Part shown: piece by piece, positions 22,149 to 25,942 of the stretch
How the letters are laid out: every line of letters begins with the position of its first letter
Position numbering within the stretch: the stretch's first letter is position 1
From: Zygophlyctis sp. KS116
Taxonomy: Eukaryota > Fungi > Chytridiomycota
DNA: 25,942 nt
Assembly: GCA_054661495.1 (NCBI GenBank)
Contig: BAAFSQ010000138.1
Coordinates: 1-25,942 of the forward strand
Reading direction: 5' to 3'
Translations under genes and position numbers: made by a program
The notes under the pieces: generated by a model
What the model saw: the letters and a program-made list of their open reading frames with translations, nothing else
Databases searched by the model: none
Told to the model about the DNA's origin: nothing

Positions 22149-24461
22149 ATGCTATGTGTTAAATGTCAAACATTTTATTCTTTTGCAGAATTTCTGAATT
22201 TTAAAACAGGGAAGTTGAATAAAACTTGTAGCATTTGTTTAGGAACCAAACATGCACAAATAGGGAAAATAGTAATCTTGGACAACTTTTCTGACATAGA
22301 TTTTCAGGACTTATTTCCAGAAGCCATCGTAATTATCTCAGATTCTCAAGACTTTGAATATATTGATTTAAAGGAGCTTTTTAATGATTTGAATAATGAA
22401 TGCTTTGAAAAAACTGGATATAAATTTAGGATAACTCAAATTACTGAAAATCACATTTATTCAAAATGCAGATACTCTGATAAAATTCAGGCGACAGAAG
22501 TCACAGACAGAAAGAGAAAGAACTTCGGCAAAGAAAAATTTAACTGCTGTGGAATTCTTTACATCCATAGAAATTTAAATTATTTCTCAATTTTTTTCAA
22601 ACATATTATAGCCCATCAGGAGTACTTGGATGTATGTGTAAATGGTGAAATCCTAGATGAAATAAAGGAAAAGGCGCGATTGATGACCCCTTCTCAGATT
22701 TATAAGCAGCTTTTATCAGCTAATCATGATAATGAAAAGATGAGAAATATCACTATATCTCAGATTAGGTAGGTTTTGGAAATTCTAACAAAAGAAATAT
22801 TTGGAAAAAAGAAAATAGCTACTTAGATGAAACTGTAGAAGCTCTTATAGGAAAATCAAATTATCTCAAATCAATTGAAATTTTTGAAGGTATCTTTAAT
22901 CGATGAGAATTTAGATTTCTTCAGTTTTTATACGCCTTTCATAAATCACAAAAATTACTCAAATTACTGCATATTGGATTCGACCTTTAAAACAAATCAA
23001 GAAGGATTGGAATTATTTGTTTTGATTTTTTTATATGATGGAGAGGGCTATCCCTCTAGTTATTTATTTTTGGGACGGAAAGCTCCGGCTGGTCAAAGAC
23101 AGCAAAAGATTTCAAGATGGTAGTATTATCAAGGTTAATATAATAGGCTGGACTCTATAAAAAAAATGGGTGTATATCCAGTTTTTGTCAAAATGGATAA
23201 GGATGTTGGTCAGATCAAAGCCACTCAGAATACCTGGCCAAATGCCACCATTAGTCTGTGTCTATGGCATATTCTCAGAGCTATTAAAAACAGATTGGAA
23301 ACTGTGAAATCACCCCGACAAGTAATTTTACAAGCGTAAGATTGAAATTAATCTTAATTACAGAGAGGATATTGATATTGAAATTCAAATGGATGTCAGA
23401 AAAAAGACATCAGAAAATGTCAATCAAAGACTCCCGTCCAAAAATGATATTTCAGAGATTTTATGTATTGTAAAAATGGCATGCCTGGAGCATCAGAAGA
23501 TACCAACAAGCTCAGGAGATTATCTTGAAAAAGCTATGATCCGTAACAAATACTTGAAAAAAATGATTCTATTCTGCTTGGAAAAAAATATTTATGACAC
23601 ATTAGCGTATCTTTATTACGAGTGGTTTTCTAAAGATCAGTTTTTTCTCTGGGCTAGATCAAGCAACGAAACTTTTGTCTGTAGATACCGGACGTCTATG
23701 TTCGCCGAAAGTCATTTCAGGTGAGCTTTTTTTGTAACATATATAGAATTTTAAAAAGGGACTTTTTCAATTCTTTTGGGCGCCCAAATTTAATAATGTG
23801 CCTCACGATTATTGATAAGTGGCTTTTGCCAGCATTTAATCAAAAATTATTGCAAACATTATCCAAGAGAAGAGAACCTAATTGGTTCAAAGACTTTTTA
23901 AATGAATGGAGCAATCTTCTTAGTCATGATTTGATATCTAAAGAGACATACACCGATATTTCCAAATGGGTGTGTAGCTGTGAACATTTCAAAATCTCAT
24001 GTTTCTATTTATGTCAGCATTTAATCAGTAAAAGTCAACAAGCACCGAAATTTAGATCTCAAATAAGAATTCAAGACATATATCCGTTTCTTGTTTTTCA
24101 GAATGGTACAGAAGATGTAGTTGTGCCTAATATACCAGCTGAATCATTTATACTTACGTCGAATATACCTACAGAATCTAATTTACCAGCTGAATCATTT
24201 ATACCCGATACGAATATACCTACAGAATCCAATGAAACCTGTGATAAAGAGGGGTCAGAAACTTATAACAAAATCATCAACTTAATTCAATTTCTAGGGA
24301 AGGAAGCTAATCAACATCAGTTTAATATTCAACAATTGAATGTCATCGAAAAAAATCTTAAGAATGCATTCAAATACAAGGAAGATATTGAAGTATTTAC
24401 TAAAGCTAAACAAATTCCGAGGACCTGGAAGGATTTAAACGAAAATACTATGTATTGCTAA
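22149..24461 (+). CDS. MULE (Mutator/IS256-superfamily) DDE transposase with SWIM zinc finger, ~726 aa, 5 introns
   Basis: Introns 22769-22794, 22890-22914, 23120-23146, 23336-23363 and 23721-23746 give one open frame. N-terminal CxxC..CxxC and WRKY/FAR1-like C..C..H.H motifs. Catalytic LDSTFKTN, MDKD, CLWH (CxxH) and TSMFAESHFRILK. SWIM WVCSC...CQHL. Confidence 0.9.
24129..24230 (+). repeat. 51-bp (17-aa) duplication in the transposase C-terminal linker
   Basis: NIPAESFILTSNIPTES / NLPAESFIPDTNIPTES. Confidence 0.8.
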
Positions 24462-24584
24462 AGAATATAGAAAATTCATAAAAATAATCTGTTGAGTCAA
24501 TCCGTAGTATATACCAATGTTAAGCAGCGCGTCCGCATGAGCGGGCGTAAGATGTCCGAGAGTTAAAGAATTTTTTTTTTATTG

Positions 24585-24658
24585 TCCGAAAGTTGATAGT
24601 TGAAGAATGAATATTGAAAGTTGATAGTTGAAGATTGAAAATTAAAAGTTGAAGATTG
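24585..24658. repeat. Right subterminal repeat cluster (GAAAGTTGATAGTTGAAGA x2 plus a partial copy)
   Basis: The 19-mer occurs at 24588-24606 and 24616-24634, with a partial copy at 24644-24658. Inverted counterparts lie at the left end (20219-20246). Confidence 0.75.
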
Positions 24659-24737
24659 CAATCAAAAAGATAAGTTTATAATCTAGTGATAATATTGCAG
24701 TTTATTAAATATAATGCTATAAGCAAGTTTTACTTAG

Positions 24738-24776
24738 GAAAATTTTTTTATATGAAATAGAGGGGTTTAAAATTTA
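24738..24776. repeat. Right end: subterminal inverted repeat (24738-24759) and candidate TSD AAAATTTA (24769-24776)
   Basis: Mirror image of the left-end arrangement with identical 9-nt spacing. Confidence 0.7.
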
Positions 24777-25016
24777 GCGAAAATTATTATTGATTTTAAT
24801 AATTTTACTAATTTTACTGCTGCTGAAATCACAGCACAATGTATAATCACTGATTAGATCTTGGTCTTGGATTTGACCCTGGACTAGAACGCGACTCGTT
24901 AAATTCGCGTGAAGAAAAGCGTTGAACCGACGCTGGACAGACGCTGAAAAACAAAGGCTCAAGCTTAAAAAGTAATGACCTCTTATATTAACTCTCTTAG
25001 ATATTCTATACTACTA

Positions 25017-25942
25017 ATGACAATCGAGTAATTTATGATTTTTAAATAATCAGCGATAATCCTCTTAGGCTTAAATCTCCCAAAATATCCAATGCATCGG
25101 AACTAGGACCTCCACTATCGGCTCCAGGTCCAATTTCTTCTCAAGTCTTTGTTCCGCCTCCGCCAAATACCAGCGCTTATCTGACTAGAAAGAAGAAAAA
25201 GGTTAATCCAACGACTACATTCTTTTCTCCACCTTCACAGAGTGATGCTTATGCTGGAAATTTACAGGAATATAGTCACTTATCGAAAAATGACAAGTAA
25301 GACTGACTATTTTAATTTTATTTATAGACAAAGAAATAGTTTGACTTCTCCAGAAATGTTTAATAGATCAAACCAGGGCTCTCCACTGATCGGTATTGAT
25401 TCAGAAGTCAATCCTCCAATTCAGAAATTTTCAGATAATCAACAGTCTTTTGACCAGGAAGCCAATGATCTTTACGGGATGGATGAGCAGTCTGGTTTAG
25501 ACGAGGTTGATCGCGCACAAGATGGATATGATCTGCAACAAGGACGGCCAACTTACGAAATGGATCTTCCGACTGATGCCTATGATGAGCAGCTAGAGTA
25601 TGAAGATCAACGTGGCCAGCAATCTTATGGTATGGGCGATCAATATTACCCTCTGGATCAGCAGACTTATGGTGCCCCGAATGATCGGTATGATTTACAG
25701 GAACAGCAATTGTATGGGGCAGGTGGTCAGTATAATCAAGAAGAACAGCCAATCTATGGTGTTAATGACCAATATAATAATCTAGAAGGTCGGCCGGCAT
25801 ATGATGGCAATGATCAATATAATCAAGAAGAACAGCCAATCTATGGTGGTAATGACCAATATAATAATCTAGAAGGTCGGCCGGCATATGATGGCAATGA
25901 TCAATATAATCAAGAAGAACAGCCAATCTATGGTGGTAATGA
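25017..25942 (+). CDS. 5' part of a disordered Pro-rich then Tyr/Gln/Asp-repeat protein (runs off the window; alternative in-frame ATG at 24975)
   Basis: Introns 25028-25053 and 25297-25327 give an open frame (MTIDDNPLRLKSPK...FSPPSQ...YNQEEQPIYG...) to the window end. It is absent from the ORF track because it has no stop in the window. Confidence 0.7.
25731..25942 (+). repeat. 87-bp (29-aa) tandem coding repeat YNQEEQPIYG(V/G)NDQYNNLEGRPAYDGNDQ
   Basis: Near-identical units start at 25731, 25818 and 25905. Confidence 0.92.

Larger units (their letters stand above)
20138..24768 (+). mobile_element. Mutator-like (MULE) DNA transposon carrying a DUF3987-like ATPase gene and a transposase gene
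   Basis: Contains a MULE DDE transposase. A 22-bp inverted repeat (20147-20168 / 24738-24759, 1 mismatch) lies exactly 9 nt inside each copy of an 8-bp direct repeat AAAATTTA (20130-20137 / 24769-24776), interpreted as a TSD. Confidence 0.72.

Noticed and set aside
22149-24461. Transposase as a decayed, frameshifted relic
   Set aside because: Five short introns restore a continuous frame with all catalytic motifs.
24529-24690. Helitron 3' end (hairpin plus CTAG)
   Set aside because: The nearest CTAG is ~135 bp after the hairpin, there are no HUH Rep or PIF1 motifs, and the transposase is DDE-type.
24919-24975. Myb-like peptide RRWTDAEKQRL upstream of the last gene
   Set aside because: There is an in-frame TGA at 24910 and no ATG. 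It is more likely 5' UTR or promoter sequence, though a UTR intron at 24972-25000 is possible.
1263-25785. Antisense or alternative-frame ORFs in the track (e.g. 1263-1622, 4175-4531, 4907-5218, 16048-16257, 21576-22067, 25408-25752, 25600-25785)
   Set aside because: They overlap well-supported genes and show no independent motifs; treated as shadow ORFs.
25731-25942. Regular repeats as a possible CRISPR array
   Set aside because: Head-to-tail 87-bp units with no unique spacers, in frame within a coding region, in a eukaryotic context.

Overview
Gene-dense, AT-rich eukaryotic window, most likely from an early-diverging (chytrid-like) fungus. That placement is inferred from the B12-dependent MetH, LRR-TM-SH3 and PHI-1 proteins, and from GT-AG introns of only 23-31 nt. 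The ORF track is fragmented by these tiny introns; splicing them by hand gives about 15 genes. Host genes: two tandem GLLG-motif proteins (the second is Skg3/Caf120-like with PH-like domains), an LRR-TM-SH3 receptor-like protein, ESCRT-III Vps2/Did4, a protein with a bacterial/phage-like helical domain, a PhnP-like MBL hydrolase, a PHI-1/EXORDIUM-like secreted protein, a PXA-RGS-Nexin_C sorting nexin, a PA-TM-RING E3 ligase, a small TM protein, cobalamin-dependent methionine synthase next to a Mup1/LAT-type permease, and a Tyr/Gln-repeat protein running off the right end. The standout is a ~4.63 kb Mutator-like (MULE) element at 20138-24768. It is bounded by an 8-bp direct repeat (AAAATTTA) and short subterminal inverted repeats. 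It encodes an intact 5-intron DDE/SWIM transposase plus an intact 9-intron DUF3987/MCM-like AAA+ ATPase, a two-gene transposase + ATPase architecture I do not recognise from described eukaryotic MULEs. All family assignments are by motif recognition; no database searches were run.
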